A stretch of DNA of 64,000 nucleotides from the NCBI GenBank assembly GCA_964035545.1, contig OZ037773.1, forward strand, positions 10,321,751 through 10,385,750, read 5' to 3'. Both the position numbers and the translations under genes were made by a program. Below, piece after piece: positions 1 to 15,967 of this stretch (its first letter is position 1; each line of letters begins with the position of its first letter). This DNA is from Bugula neritina. Its lineage: Eukaryota; Animalia; Bryozoa. The notes under the pieces were generated by a model. That model made no database searches, was not told where the DNA came from, and worked only from the letters and a program-made list of their open reading frames with translations.

Positions 1-3000
1 TTGTACACACTCTGCCGTGTAACTGGAACATCCAGGTCACCTACCGATCCACTTTTGAGCCAACGTGCTACTCTACAGCTAATGTCAAGGTCAGTTAACT
101 GACGCATGTCAGTCATAGTATCACTCTCCTCTCAGTCATAGTATCACTCTCCTCTCAGTCATAGTATCACTCTCCTCTCAGTCATAGTATCACTCTCCTC
201 TCAGTCACAGTATCACTCTCCTCTCAGTCATAGTATCACTCTCCTCTCAGTTATAGTATCACTCTCTTCTCAGTCATAGTGTCACTCACCTCTCAGTTAT
301 AGTATCATTTCTTGTCAAATATTCTGTTTTCTCAATTGCTTTATTTCAGTTACAAATAATTTACTTGAAACTTTCAATACGCAAATCAATGCATTTTTTT
401 ATTAGAGTCAAAGATTTCAATTTAATAAAAATACACTACATGTATTCAAATCAGGAGAACTTTCAGAGTAGTGTTGTACCCATTATGTTTATGTGCTGCT
501 TATAGGTGGTCCATTTCAACTCCCCCGCCAAGTATCAGGTGTACTTTGGAGACTCGACTAAGGACGCTGTGTCAGACTATTTCAAGAACATCTACTTCAT
601 GTTCCTACAGTACGATGGCAACTTGCTAAAACACAAATCCCTAGCAGCTAAGTGTCACCACCAGAGGTCGGGCAACTCCACCACCCACCCGACAATCGTG
701 AGTTTCATGTTTACTTTCTCAGCTATAAACTCTCCACACAGCGTCTATTGGGAGTTCTGATAATCTATGCTAAGAAATTGCAGCACCTGCTACTCTTAGG
801 ACAAGTGTGTTGTGTTGGGAAATTCCACTCTGTGTTGGGGAAATCCCACTCATGTTGTATTATAATGTTCAGACTAAATTGCTAGTCTTGCTTGGCACTG
901 AGTTTATTTATAGCCTGTGTTCTTACACTCTATACCTGCTTTCTGCATCTAGTTTGTTGAATTTATTGCTCAACATTGTATTAGAGTTTTCTTCTCATAC
1001 ATTGCAGTATATCTAGACTCTGTATACCTGTGTTACCTACTATCAGTTGTTACACTGTATTGCAGGCGGACTTGTTAGAGAAGAGTGTGGAGTTATCTTC
1101 TGCCTGCTATCACGTGGAGGGGATCAGACAGAGCAGTAGAGGACGACTCCACCTCTACTATCTCAAGTATAACAGCAGTGTGGACACAGAGTCAGGGGAC
1201 ATAACTCTAGTGGCTCAACTCAGCATAGACAGACTGGGTGTGAGTTGTCTACACATTGTGTATGTGTTGATACTGTGATGTGTTGATAATGTGATGTGTT
1301 GATAATGTGATGTGTTGATACTGTGATGTGTTGATACTATGATGTGTTGATAATGTGATGTGTTGATACTGTGATGTGTTGATAATGTGATGTGTTGATA
1401 CTATGATGTTTTGATGATGTGATGTGTTGATAATGTGATGTGTTGATAATGTGATGTGTTGATACTGTGATGTGTTGATAATGTGATGTGTTGATAATGT
1501 GATGTGTTGATACTATGATGTGTTGATAATGTGATGTGTTGATACTGTGATGTGTTGATAATGTGATGTGTTGATACTATGATGTTTTGATGATGTGATG
1601 TGTTGATACTGTGATGTGTTGATACTATGATGTGTTGATACTATGATGTGTTGATACTGTGATGTGTTGATACTATGATGTGTTGATACTATGATGTGTT
1701 GATACTATGATGTGTTGATACTATGATGTGTTGATACTATGATGTGTTGATACTATATAATGCGTTGATACTATGATGTGTTGATACTATGATGTGTTGA
1801 TAGTGTGATGTGTTGATACTGTGATGTGTTGATACTATGAGGTGTTGATGCTATGATGTGTTGATACTGTGATGTGTTGATACTATATAATGCGTTGATA
1901 CTATGATGTGTTGATACTATGATGTGTTGATAGTGTGATGTGTTGATACTGTGATGTGTTGATACTATGATGTGTTGGTACTGTGATGTGTTGATAATGT
2001 GACGTGTTGACACTATGATGTGTAGAAACTAAAGTGTTGACACGTATTCTACAGGTGCTGGAGCTTCTCTGTGAACACTGGACGGGTCCCATGAGTCTAG
2101 CCTTGTATCTGAGTGACGCTGAGGCCCAGCAGTTCCACGACTTTGTGTCCAACTCTCCCTCTATCAGTCATAGACAGAACATAGGCTATCATGTTGTCTT
2201 CAAGACGGGGGTGAGTAGCACACCCAGCCATAGACATAGCGTAGGCTATCATGTACAGAGAAAGTATCAGTATGATTGAGAAGTTTCTTTCCTTACAGAC
2301 TCACTACCCGGTCAACTACCTCAGGAATATTGCTCTCAACAATGCCAGGACCCAGTTCGTCTTTCTCACCGACATAGACTTCCTGCCGATGGTCAACATG
2401 TACTCCTACCTCCGAGAAGCTGCCAACTCATACGATATCCACAACAGGAAGTTGGTGAGTCACCTTTGACCTTTCTACTAGTAATTAGTGTCATACTGAG
2501 TGATATGGAGCTCAATGTGAGTTGAGATTGTTAGTTCTATGTATATATAGAAGGTGTCTTAGTGTTTATAATTTTAATAACCAGTTGTTATGCTGTTGGT
2601 TTATGGAGGATTATAACAGCTGTGTGCACATTACTGTTACACTGTGTTTATTCTCATAGTAGAATCTTGATTTCATATAACCCCAATTTTGGTAGCCATG
2701 GTAACTGGATGTTGTAGGCACTGGTTGTCCCTGCCTTTGAGACGCAGCAGTATCGGCCAGCCATGCCCTACGACAAGGTGGAACTCAAGAAGTACGTAGA
2801 TACCGGACAAATACAGATCTTCAGGTGAGTCCTTGACCTTCTCTATGTCAACACACTGGTTGCTAGGCAACCGTGACCTCTGCCTAATCTTCTATGTCTT
2901 GTATTAGATATGATGTGTGGCCTGCCGGTCACAGGCCTACCAACTACAGCCGTTGGTTCAACTCTAGTCAGCCTTACGAAGTATCGTGGGAACCCAACTA

Positions 3001-3180
3001 TGAGCCGTACATCCTGGTGAGTCGGGAGTTGGTGCCGAAGTATGACGAGAGGTTCTTTGGCTTCGGCTGGAATAAAGTGTCTCACATAATGGAGGTGGAC
3101 GCTCAGGGGTGAGTCGCTACCACTACTAGTACTAGTAGTAGTACTAGTAGTACTACTAGTACTGCTACTGCTACTACTAG

Positions 3181-3236
<56 letters not shown>

Positions 3237-3754
3237 GTACTAGTACCACTACTACTACTATTTCTTACTTCAGATTTAAGATGGTTGTTGTACCGAATGC
3301 CTTCATAGTTCACTCTCCACACGCCCCCAGCCTGGACATCTCTCAGTACAGAACTAGTCAAGTGTATAGAACGTAAGTCTCTCTGTTTCTTTCTGTCACC
3401 TTTTTCTACGTGAGCTTAATGAACAGGTTTCCTATTGAAATAAATAAAAGTAAACTTCAGTAGATTTTGCTCATAGTGTCTGTTTATACAGAGGTGGTGT
3501 GTTTATACAGAGGAGGTGTGTTTATACAGAGGGGGTGTGTTTATACAGAGGAGGTGTGTTTATACAGAAGGGGTGTGTTTATACAGAGGGGGTGTGTTTG
3601 TACAGAGGGGGTGTGTTTATACAGAGGGGGTGTGTTGGTACAAAGGGGATGTGGTTGCTGTTTCAGCTGTCTCAAGACTCTGAAGAAGGAGTTCCAGAAA
3701 GACTTGTCTAGAAGGTACGGCATTCGAGCCCTGAAGTACCTGTCCAACGACTGA
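1..3754 (+). CDS. LARGE: LARGE xylosyl- and glucuronyltransferase, 3' part (5' end lies before the window). Exons: <1-89, 506-697, 1066-1239, 2055-2210, 2299-2454, 2718-2824, 2908-3108, 3274-3372, 3667-3754
   Basis: GT-AG exons join in phase. They give [16 protein letters not shown] (end of GT8 domain), then [115 protein letters not shown]. These are hallmark LARGE GT49-domain motifs. Confidence 0.95.
110..306. repeat. 23-bp intronic minisatellite (cagtcatagtatcactctcctct), about 8 copies
   Basis: Direct tandem repeats in a LARGE intron. Confidence 0.9.
1258..2022. repeat. 16-bp intronic minisatellite (gatactgtgatgtgtt)n
   Basis: Fills most of the LARGE intron 1240-2054 and explains the spurious ORFs 1771-2152. 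Confidence 0.95.
3116..3260. repeat. (ACT)n microsatellite
   Basis: Intronic trinucleotide run that produces the poly-Ser ORF on the minus strand. Confidence 0.9.
3478..3650. repeat. 19-bp minisatellite (gtgtgtttatacagagggg)n
   Basis: Tandem repeats in the last LARGE intron. Confidence 0.9.
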
Positions 3755-5362
3755 CAAGTTTATCTCTTTTACAAGAGAGTTACGTTCTCACCACATCCTG
3801 TACTCCATCCAACCGAAGGACATGGACGCTGTGCTCAGTGTATCACACAACCTAACTACTCTCAACTCTTCATACGGAAAGCTAGGTGCTCTCCTTGTAT
3901 ATAGACTCTATACATCTGTCTCCATCTCTTGTACATACTCCGTGCCATTACGTCATGTTCTGATTTCTCCAGCAATTCCATTTAAGCCAGCTATCTTGCA
4001 TTTTATGCTAATAAGTCATTCAGAATGATTTCTTCAACTTCTTTTAAATTTTTCCCATTTTTTTACGTCTTTGCGACGACCAATCACTATCACCCCACTG
4101 CGGGGGGGGGGGGGGGAGAGGAGGTCTGAATAGCCTGCTACACTCCATGATAATCATCAGCTGATATTACTTTCACTCTGTTACACTATCATCATGTTGA
4201 TAAACTCAATGAACTGTTGAAATAAATTAATTATGAATTTAAATTTGAGCATATTTAAAACTTACTGTGTGATTTATATTCCCATTTTTTCTATTTTGGA
4301 AAATATTAGATTTCCAGATTTTGTAATATTCAGATAACAGTTTTATGTGTCATTTTAAATAGTTGTTATCCTTTTATTGAAGCTAATTGTCTTTTTCTCA
4401 TATGTGTGTTGGTTTTCTTACCCTGGTGCTGTGTTCCAAGACACCTCTTTTAATCAGAGGGGGATAACCTCCAATCTCTGTACAGTATAGTGTCTACCAA
4501 TCAAATGTTATACTTTTTTCTTGTGTTGAAGGCCAATATCTATTTTAACCTTAATTATTGATCACTTATTGATTCATTTATTGATTTACTTATTGATCAC
4601 TTTTTGGGGTCTTTTGGAGCTTTTTTCAAAACTTAGTCAATCATTCCAACTCATGAATATTAAATACAGGATGTAAACACCAACATTGTATATACTGTGT
4701 AACTTCTCTCCCCAGTGAATACTGATTGGATAGGGTTCATAGGCTATTTCTACTCGCGTAGCTACATTTACAGTAGCCATGCATTTAACCAATGAAATAA
4801 AACTCACTTATAGTTATAAGTTAAGTTAAAATTAACTTAAATTTATAGCCCAGGAAATGGTTAGTTAGCACACAAGAAAATCTCAGTTCCTACTAATATC
4901 AATTGTCAATACAGTCAGTTAGATACAATACAGTTAGTTAGATTCAATACAGTCAGTTAGATACAATACAGTTAATTTTGGCTAATAACAAGTTTTAACA
5001 AAGGAAATTATTAGCCCACTAAATTCAGCTTCAAGGATACCCTGACTTATTGATAACTAGCCCCTATAATTATTAGACCAGTAGAGCCAACAAAGGAAAA
5101 CTTCTTTGCTATTATGTAATATACAACATAAAGTACCTCCCCTAGATGCTAGCTAACAAGCTCTCAAGAAACAGGGCACAGCCTATTGAAACATGTTATT
5201 ACTGTGCATTGCTACCAACAACAATGCCTTTGGATCCTTCCTTTCTACGTATTACGTAACAGGTGATGGTCTGAAACCCAAACTGTGTACAGTGTCATAT
5301 GATCAACAGCTGCTTCACTGTTAGCAAGCCACAATAAATAAAGTAGATTTTGAACTTGCGAA

Positions 5363-7920
<2,558 letters not shown>

Positions 7921-8942
7921 AGTTCCTGCATATCATGGCAACTCGAATGGAGAACTGTGGATAAATCTAGATGTTGTTGCAAAAGATGGCGAGAAAACCT
8001 GGGCAGTTTTATATTAAACTCATCTAGGCATAAAACAGTTGAATTTGGCAAGAGCTACTCTGCTAATTCTATACTATAGTTTGTAGAGCTGCCCAACTCA
8101 AAACTTTTCTATTCATGCTTTAACATATATGCTTATTTATATATCTAGTATTACATTTTTAATGTTATATTTCACCTTTCATATTAAAACTCTCCCAGGA
8201 GTATTTATTATATCAAAGAACTGAGCAACTGGCTTTTTCAGAGAGTTGGAAATTTTACCTCATCTTCTCTGTACCCACTGAAATAAATGACAATATGTAC
8301 AACTAAATAAGACCTAGCAACATACCTGCAGTACACATCCGTGTATATATTGGGTACAGCTATTTTCCTACGAACAGAAGCTACTCATCCTTAAAGATGC
8401 CAAACTATGCAAGTGACATGACATGACAAAGCTATATCTATGATATCATTGAGTCAAATTAAAGCTAACTGAAAGCTTATAGCTGTTATGTACATGCATA
8501 GCTTTATGCTTCTTATAAAATTCATATATTATGTAGCTAAGTGTATCTGTAAAATACTGTGTCAATGTATATTCAGGTAGTCATTGCTATATGCGCAAAT
8601 TTGCAACTTATCTTAGTTTGTATTCTGATCTATTTAATAAAATACTATTCATGGTTAAAAAAACAAATATATAACGAAGATTTTGTGTGATAATCTCACA
8701 AGGCATCAAGTAATGGTGCAGCTGCTAAATGTTCTGAATGCTATAACTATAGAGTGTAGCTGTTACAGTTATCACTCAACTTTTTAGGTTACGTTTCTTT
8801 CATACAATTTTTCATGCAAGCTCTGCACTTTTAATCTTTTGTATTTGCAGAGAAATTGGCATTAGTTATATAGCCTCCAGTTTTCCAAGCCATATAGTCT
8901 TGCTAATTGCCTTTAAATTATGTAGCTTGAAGTTGTTAGAAT

Positions 8943-10090
8943 TATCACCAGTGTCAGTATAAACAGGCCCTCGTCTATGTGAAAAAGCTCTTGATTTGTT
9001 TATTGTTTATGGAGAGGAAAATCATGGGGATATTGCTAGCTAGCACTTACAATGAGCTAGGTGCAGTTTATTACTGTTTAAGTGAATATAGCAAGGCACT
9101 AGAGTACCACACAAAGTCACTAGCAATGAAAAAAGCTCTCTATGGCAGTGAGGTTACACATGCACACATTGCTGAGAGTTATGAAGAATGTGCCAGAAGT
9201 TCTTGCAAACTGTTGGAATTCAATGAAGCCTCAGACCACTTCACAAAGTGTTTATAGAGATGAACTTAACACTAAGTGGCTTTAATGTCCCCAATTCAAA
9301 AACTGCTTCTATTTACAAATCACTTGGCTTATTGAACTGCCTAACTGGTGACTATGAAATGGCACTAGAGCACTGTACAAAGTCACTAGGCATGACTTCA
9401 GCTCTCTGTGGAAGTGAGGCTAACAACCAAACGGTTGTTGAGGGTTATATCAGCTGTGAACTGGTGTTTATACTAAGGTCTGAGTATGAGAAGGCGCTAG
9501 AGTACTGCTACAAGTATCTAGAAATACTACTAGCCCTCAGTAAAGGGGAGGATACACGTACAGAGGATGCTGTACCCCTCAGTAAAGGGGAGGATACACG
9601 TACAGAGGATGCTGTACCCCTCAGTGGAGGAGAGGATACACGTACAGAGCTCGCTGTACCCCTCAGTGAAAGGGAAGATACACATACAGAGGATGCTGTA
9701 CCCCTCAATAAAGGGGAGGATACACATACAGAGGATGCTGTACCCCTCAGTGGAGGAGAGGATACGCATACAGAGGATGTTGTACCCCTCAGTGGAGGGG
9801 AGGATATACATGCAGAGGGTGCTGTACCCCTCAATAAAGGGGAGGATACGCATACAGATCTCGCTTTAGCCCACCTGATTGTCGGCTTCATCCTCTGCTG
9901 CATGAACTCTGACGAAGAATCCAGGTCCCACTTTACATCAGCCCTTAGCTTCTGTCAAACTTCGCCTAAAAGTGATTCTCTCAACGTCATTTTCCCAGCA
10001 ATTGAAGAAATGTTGGAAAATTTGGCTGAGTTTAGAGAAATATTTAAAAGTTTTTCTTTTAAGGAATTTTTCGCTGACAAGAGAATGTAA
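8943..10090 (+). pseudogene. TPR-repeat protein (kinesin-light-chain/NPHP3-type 42-aa TPRs), frameshifted
   Basis: TPR motifs ASTYNELGAVYYCLSEYSKALEYHTKSLAMKKALYG..HAHIAESY, ASIYKSLG..GDYEMALEHCTKSL and SEYEKALEYCYKYLEI. The frame breaks near 8979, 9040 and 9255. Confidence 0.7.
9532..9865 (+). repeat. 42-bp coding minisatellite, about 8 copies (14-aa unit PLSGGEDTHTEDAV)
   Basis: In-frame tandem repeats inside the TPR ORF 9248-10090. Confidence 0.9.
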
Positions 10091-12016
10091 TACAGTTTAT
10101 GCAATTCTTTAAGCTTGCATAGAAACATAATCTACAGATATTTCAGTTGCTTATTTAGCAATTCTTTAATGCGTTTGCTAAAAGGCAAAGACTTCATCAT
10201 CAAAGTATTTGTTAGCTCACTTAGTCTTCTTTCTCCTTCTGCGGTTAGCTTCAAATTTGCTGGTTATACTCTTGAAATCTTGCAAGCTGTTACCTCTTTA
10301 ACCCACCTTGTAGACATTTGCTCATAAAGCTGCAAAATGTACCATATTTCCTTGCTGCAGACTTGTATGAATATACACATATTCTGTAGTCCAATATGAG
10401 CAGTTCTTTTCATTTGCATGTCAAACTATTATATATAGTAACATATTTGTGTTATCTGCATTTTCTTTTCTACAATCTTAGCAACCCCTAATAAGTGTGT
10501 AACAATTTTACTTGACTGTAGGCAAACAATATGTGGATTAGCATATTTTTATATATGTTTTAAAATATTTCACACCTCAAGTGTAGTTCAATATTAATTC
10601 ATTAATTTTATTATCAGTATTTTGTGGGCCGTTTTCAAATTTTTGTAGAATATTTATGTTATTTTTCAAACCTAACCCACTTAGGACTTGAAAAGTCATT
10701 TTTTATTCTTTCTTATTTTTCTGCTTATGTGTTTTACGTTTGGCTGCTCATCTGGTTTCCTTATATCATTTGCTGTTAGTGGTTTTTTGACTATATTTGC
10801 TGATATGTTCACTACCTATATCACTTATATTATGCTTATGTATAAGTTCTTGATCTACATGACTAATATAATATGCTTATATGATTTTCATCTATAAAAG
10901 TTAATACTTATATTGAATAGCTTTTTTGCAAAATGGTAATATACCTTTCATTTTTTATAACATATATAATTTTTACTAGAATAAATTTATATATATATAT
11001 ATATATATCAAATATAAAAGCCTATTGATTGTATATATCAATATATAAGCTATATATCTATAAATGCATTATAGAACTTGTCAAAAATTATTTAAAGTTC
11101 TACCTCATTTATTAAACATAATTTAGGCAAATGGATTATGAATGTCCTAAGCAAGCTATTCTTAGAAGGTGATACTAGTATATTTAGCAGGCAAATCAAG
11201 TCTTTCTAGAAACCTTATACGATCCTATAACCAGCTAATTTTTGTCTTCACTCATTATTGAACCAACGCTCTACATGGCCATATATAAATAGGCATTTAA
11301 AGTTGCAAGACATTTACAGCTCCAGTGTATGCATTTTTTTGCTTTCATAATAATTCATGATGGTGTGGTAGTGCTGTATTTCATAATAACTCATGATGGT
11401 GCATGTGGTAGTGCTGTATCTCATAATAACTCATGGTGTGGTAGTGCTGTATCTCATAATAACTCATGGTGGTGTGGTAGTGCTGTATTCAGAAGCAGCA
11501 GTGTGCTTTTTACATATTTGTTGAAGTTGGATAAAAATATTTATCTTATTTATGTCTCTTTATAGGTTATCTTTATTTTGAACAGTCTATAATATATATA
11601 TTGAAAATAATACGCATCATGATGTGCAGTAAGTGCTTTGAATGGCAAACTGGTTTAATTTATAGCAAATTTCCAGTAAATTTATCTCAACAAGTGAAAA
11701 AAGAGCTAGTTTGATTCCCCATGAATCTGCATACACACTTTTGGCGATAAAATTTTGAGAATGAATTTGCGCAGCAAAAATGTTTCATTGAAAGAACTTG
11801 CTAAGTTTTTGAAAAGAATGCAATAAACTAAATTGAAATGCTGTATTTTTTCAAAATTCAACAAGTATACATAATTTAATTTTACAAATCTTTTAGGAAA
11901 AAACAATTTAATTAAGTTTGATTCTAAAATATATTTAGGTATATGATGACGTATATGATATAAATACATGATTTAGAATACATGCGCAGAGTATATATGA
12001 TATAGATTATATATAG

Positions 12017-12083
<67 letters not shown>

Positions 12084-12439
12084 GAGCACAGATAATATGA
12101 TATTATATAAGGGGTATATATAGGCTATAACGTAGATGCTAATTTAAAATTATAAAGCATTTGGTGCAAACTACTGCATAGATAAAAGTAAGCTTTTATT
12201 TACTGGCCACTAAAACAGAAATTATAAAAAAAAATATTTTTAATAGAACTTGGTTGTTTAACAATTTACGCTTAGGCTGAGAATTAAGGTTTTAGTCTGA
12301 GAGTGGAGGTGTCAGTCCAAAAGTTAGGATGTTGCATAGGAAGCGATAATGTCTTTTACACTTCTGACATAACATTTAGCATGTAACAGGTACTTGAATA
12401 CTAAACACTAAATTATATATTCTAATGAATATGCTCCAT

Positions 12440-12604
12440 ACTATTTACAGGAAAGGTTGTTTCATGCTATTTCACAGTAAAGGTTGCTTCATGCTATTTC
12501 ACAGTAAAGGTTGCTTCATGCTATTTCACAGTAAAGGTTGCTTCATGCTATTTCACAGTAAAGGTTGTTTCATGCTATTTCACAGTAAAGGTTGTTTCAT
12601 GCTA
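12440..12604. repeat. 27-bp minisatellite (tttcacagtaaaggttgcttcatgcta), about 6 copies
   Basis: Tandem array that starts at the stop codon of the duplicated methyltransferase terminal exon. Confidence 0.85.
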
Positions 12605-12695
12605 TATTTTCGGTTTCCTTCCCAAGAGCATGACTAGCTTCACCTGGTATGTCAAGGGTGCTTCCGGTTCTCTTGTACCATAGGCCTCCATCAAT
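12602..12695 (-). CDS. Duplicated / alternative terminal exon of the methyltransferase gene
   Basis: Encodes LMEAYGTREPEAPLTYQVKLVMLLGRKPKI*, compared with LMEAYGTDDPEAPLTYQVEVFMLLGQKPK* at 18188-18278. Same phase, preceded by tgtgtttgAG. Confidence 0.6.
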
Positions 12696-13070
12696 CTCAA
12701 ACACACAACATATTATAACATTGTCGTTGTAATGAAGATAAATTACCAGCTGATTAAGATTGTAACTAACATATAGTGAAGTTGACCGAGTATTGCTAAC
12801 ACAGTGAAGTTGACTGAGTATTACTAACATATAGGGAAGTTGACTGAGTATTACTAACATATAGTGAAGTTGACTGAGTATTACTAACATAGTGAAGTTG
12901 ACCAGATATCTAGGAATATTTTTGAGTGTCAATAAGAATTGAAATTCTAAATATGGAAAACATTATTCTGCATAAATTCATATGCAACTGCTTCTTGTGA
13001 AGTAACGCAGTTAAAATGCTGAAACTAAATAAAAAAGAATATTTACATGGCAACAGCAAAGCCAAATATG

Positions 13071-15967
13071 TATAACTAATTCCAGTGGTTAGTAAAGTGT
13101 GGTAGAACTCCGAGAGGAGTTGAGTGGTCAGGGAAGCCTGAAGGAGTAGTATAAAAAGGCAGCTGAGCTCTTGAAAAGTGGGTAAGGTGTAGTGTCGAGA
13201 GCACCCAGTGACGCTTGTAATGTAGTGGTGAGTGCGCCTGCTTGCAGGCTGAAGGTCTCAGCATGATTCAAAGTTTTGTAGCGGTCAAATTCTTTTTTGT
13301 GCTCCTATTCAGCATCTTTGAGTGCATGTTCTTAAAAATGTTATGAGATCTACATTGAAAGATAAAAGTTGGGTAATATTTAAACTGTATTAGTATGAAC
13401 AGTAAACATTTGGTTAAGATATACAATCACAAGCAGCTTATAAATTAAGTTCAACTTTGAAGAAGCTGAAGTCTAAGGTCAAAACTAATAGTATCAATGA
13501 TGTTAGCTATGAATCTTTCAGCACCATTGTACCAATCGTTTAATTCTGAATAACCATACAGGCTTTGGCAAACTTATGATCATTATGTTGCGTAGTGTTT
13601 GGGTTAGTTTGAGCTTATCAAAATTTAGTAACAATTTTTGCCATCATTTTATTTTACTTCTTTCTTAATTACAAATGCAAGAGCTGTTGGGCATAATTAG
13701 TTTAGTTAATAGAAGCTTCTCTGCATTAAAATTATCTCAAAATGTCAGTGAACCACAACTTAAGCTGGAGTCAGCATTTTATATGGACCCCTCATATCGA
13801 GATAACAGATATTGATAAGTTTCAGTATGTCTATAAATTGAAAAACAAATAAAGTACTACCAAGAAAAATATTGCTACTTAAACATGTTTTTATATTTAA
13901 TTGTGCTGTGCAAAAATAAATAAAAGAATAAACTGGTAGCACGGAAGTTAATAAAACATTTTGCCAACTCACCACTAATATTGGCATTTTGGTACTTAGC
14001 TATAAAACAAGAAGCTAGCTTGGCAGCTGCTTAAGGCTAATAACTACTTGTAGGCTGCTAAACTGCATTATTAACAATATGAATACTTCTACAATGGGGG
14101 GGGAATTCAAATTAATGAATTTAGCACAAATTGCTAGAAGGTGAAGTGGAAATAAAATGCTACATTTTTTGAAAATATATTGTTACAGGAAAACTTGTAT
14201 CAAATTGATATAGGAATAGAGTAGTTTGGGAAATATCAGTTAATGTGGTCTCCTAAAAGTTATAGTTGCACAAATTCAATTATCTGTCCACAGCAATAGT
14301 CATACTGTCATTGTGATTGTGATATAAAATCAAAATAACAACGTTAAGCAAATGATTGAGCTTACCTTTTGCTGCAATGACAACTTCAGTTCCTAACTCT
14401 GAAAGAAAGTGATCATCTTCTATCTCTGAGAGGTAGCTGTAATCTTTACCAGTGTGATGAAATGATTCAATGTTTTCCATGTTGTGAGGTTGTTTGGAAG
14501 CACAAATTCACTGAATCTCAAAGCACAACCTCTTAGTCTGAGCCTCTGGTGTTCACTATGCCGGCAGAATATTTCTTCCGTCAATAGCAGTGAATGAAAA
14601 CTATGTGCTGTTATGTATTAACCTTTGTTTTGCTCTTTCGATGCTTGGTAAGCCAGTTTCTTGCCTTTGAATTACAATTTAAATATTTCCTTACTATAAC
14701 TCTGTTATGCAACATCTTCTTTTGTTCCACCAGGTAGTTTACACAAGTTTACACAAGGCTTTTGAAGTGGTTCACCTGATCCACAATTGACTATTCAGTA
14801 GCTTGTTTCATTGTTAATTTTAAGCTTCTTGTTTGAAACACATTTGCTGATAACTGAGTACATTGGAGTTTAATGGTGCATCTCCCTGATTTCTCTTTTA
14901 CACACATTTTAAATTAGTTGGCTTTCCTTTCCATGAATGAAATTGACTAGTGAAGCCTAAACTACCCATGCAAGAGATGCGTACAGTTGAAATTTTTTGT
15001 TGATAAATTCAACTTAAGTCTTTGATAAACGGAGTGGGGCAATGTTTAATAGTAGTCTGGTAACAAGCTATTTGAAAATGTCTTGGGTTCAAAAAAATTT
15101 TGAAATCATAAACAGCTAGCAGGTTGAAGGAGTTTCATTCCACTTATATGCTCCCCAGTTAGGTTGTATTTTTTGTTTTGGTACCAAGTATTATATACCT
15201 ATATATTCCCTTATATAACTTTCATATCAATTGCTAAACATAAAATAACCATTAATATGATATATTTGCAATAATATTTAAATTTTTCCAAATTTGTGTT
15301 GAAAAAAAGCATTAAATGCATTAATAATAACATTTTTTCAAAAAACAAAAAATATAGAAAATGCAAAATTAATAGGTTTATGCAGAGCAAAGAAATTTAT
15401 TTGTGTGCCAATTATAAAAAGCAATTGACTCAAATTTATTTAAATGCACATATATTTCAATAGTATTCAAATAAATTGCACGTAAAATGTATAAATAGCA
15501 TCTAACTGGGAAGCACCAATCGAAATGACCCAAATGTAGGGTTCAACTCTATCCTAGCTTCCTATAAAGGTTTGTGATCATCATTAGTGCACATGTGAAC
15601 GAATAATGTTGTTAGGTGAACAACTGCCGATTGTTCCATAATTCTCATGTAAATAAAATTTTGCTTGAACATATGTAGTTGTAGCATTGATCTCACTTTC
15701 TGCTCCTATCAATTACTGTTTAGCTTCATTAAGACCTAGGGATGATAATTACGTAATACTTGTGAAAAGTAGTGTTGACTTAACAACTAAGTGGTTTCAG
15801 AGCTACTACACAATATTTTTCAGCTTACACTAATCGGATTAATTTTCAATTTCATCAAAATAAGTGCAGGTCTAACAACTATTAGAGGTGTGGTGCAGGC
15901 TATACCGACAATAAAAGGCTCTTTGAACAACTTTAGTGCAAGCACTGCACTAATATTTCTCTCTGTG
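13071..15967 (-). mobile_element. Truncated copy of the CAC-ended non-autonomous DNA transposon (inverted relative to 23669-27355)
   Basis: Near-identical reverse complement of 23669-26575. It keeps one TIR (cactaatatttctctctgtg, ending 15967) and lacks about 0.8 kb at the other end. Confidence 0.85.

Noticed and set aside
2843-3361. 172-aa poly-Ser ORF on the minus strand
   Set aside because: Antisense to LARGE exons plus an (ACT)n microsatellite.
9508-9903. Overlapping antisense and alternate-frame ORFs
   Set aside because: By-products of the stop-free 42-bp repeat.
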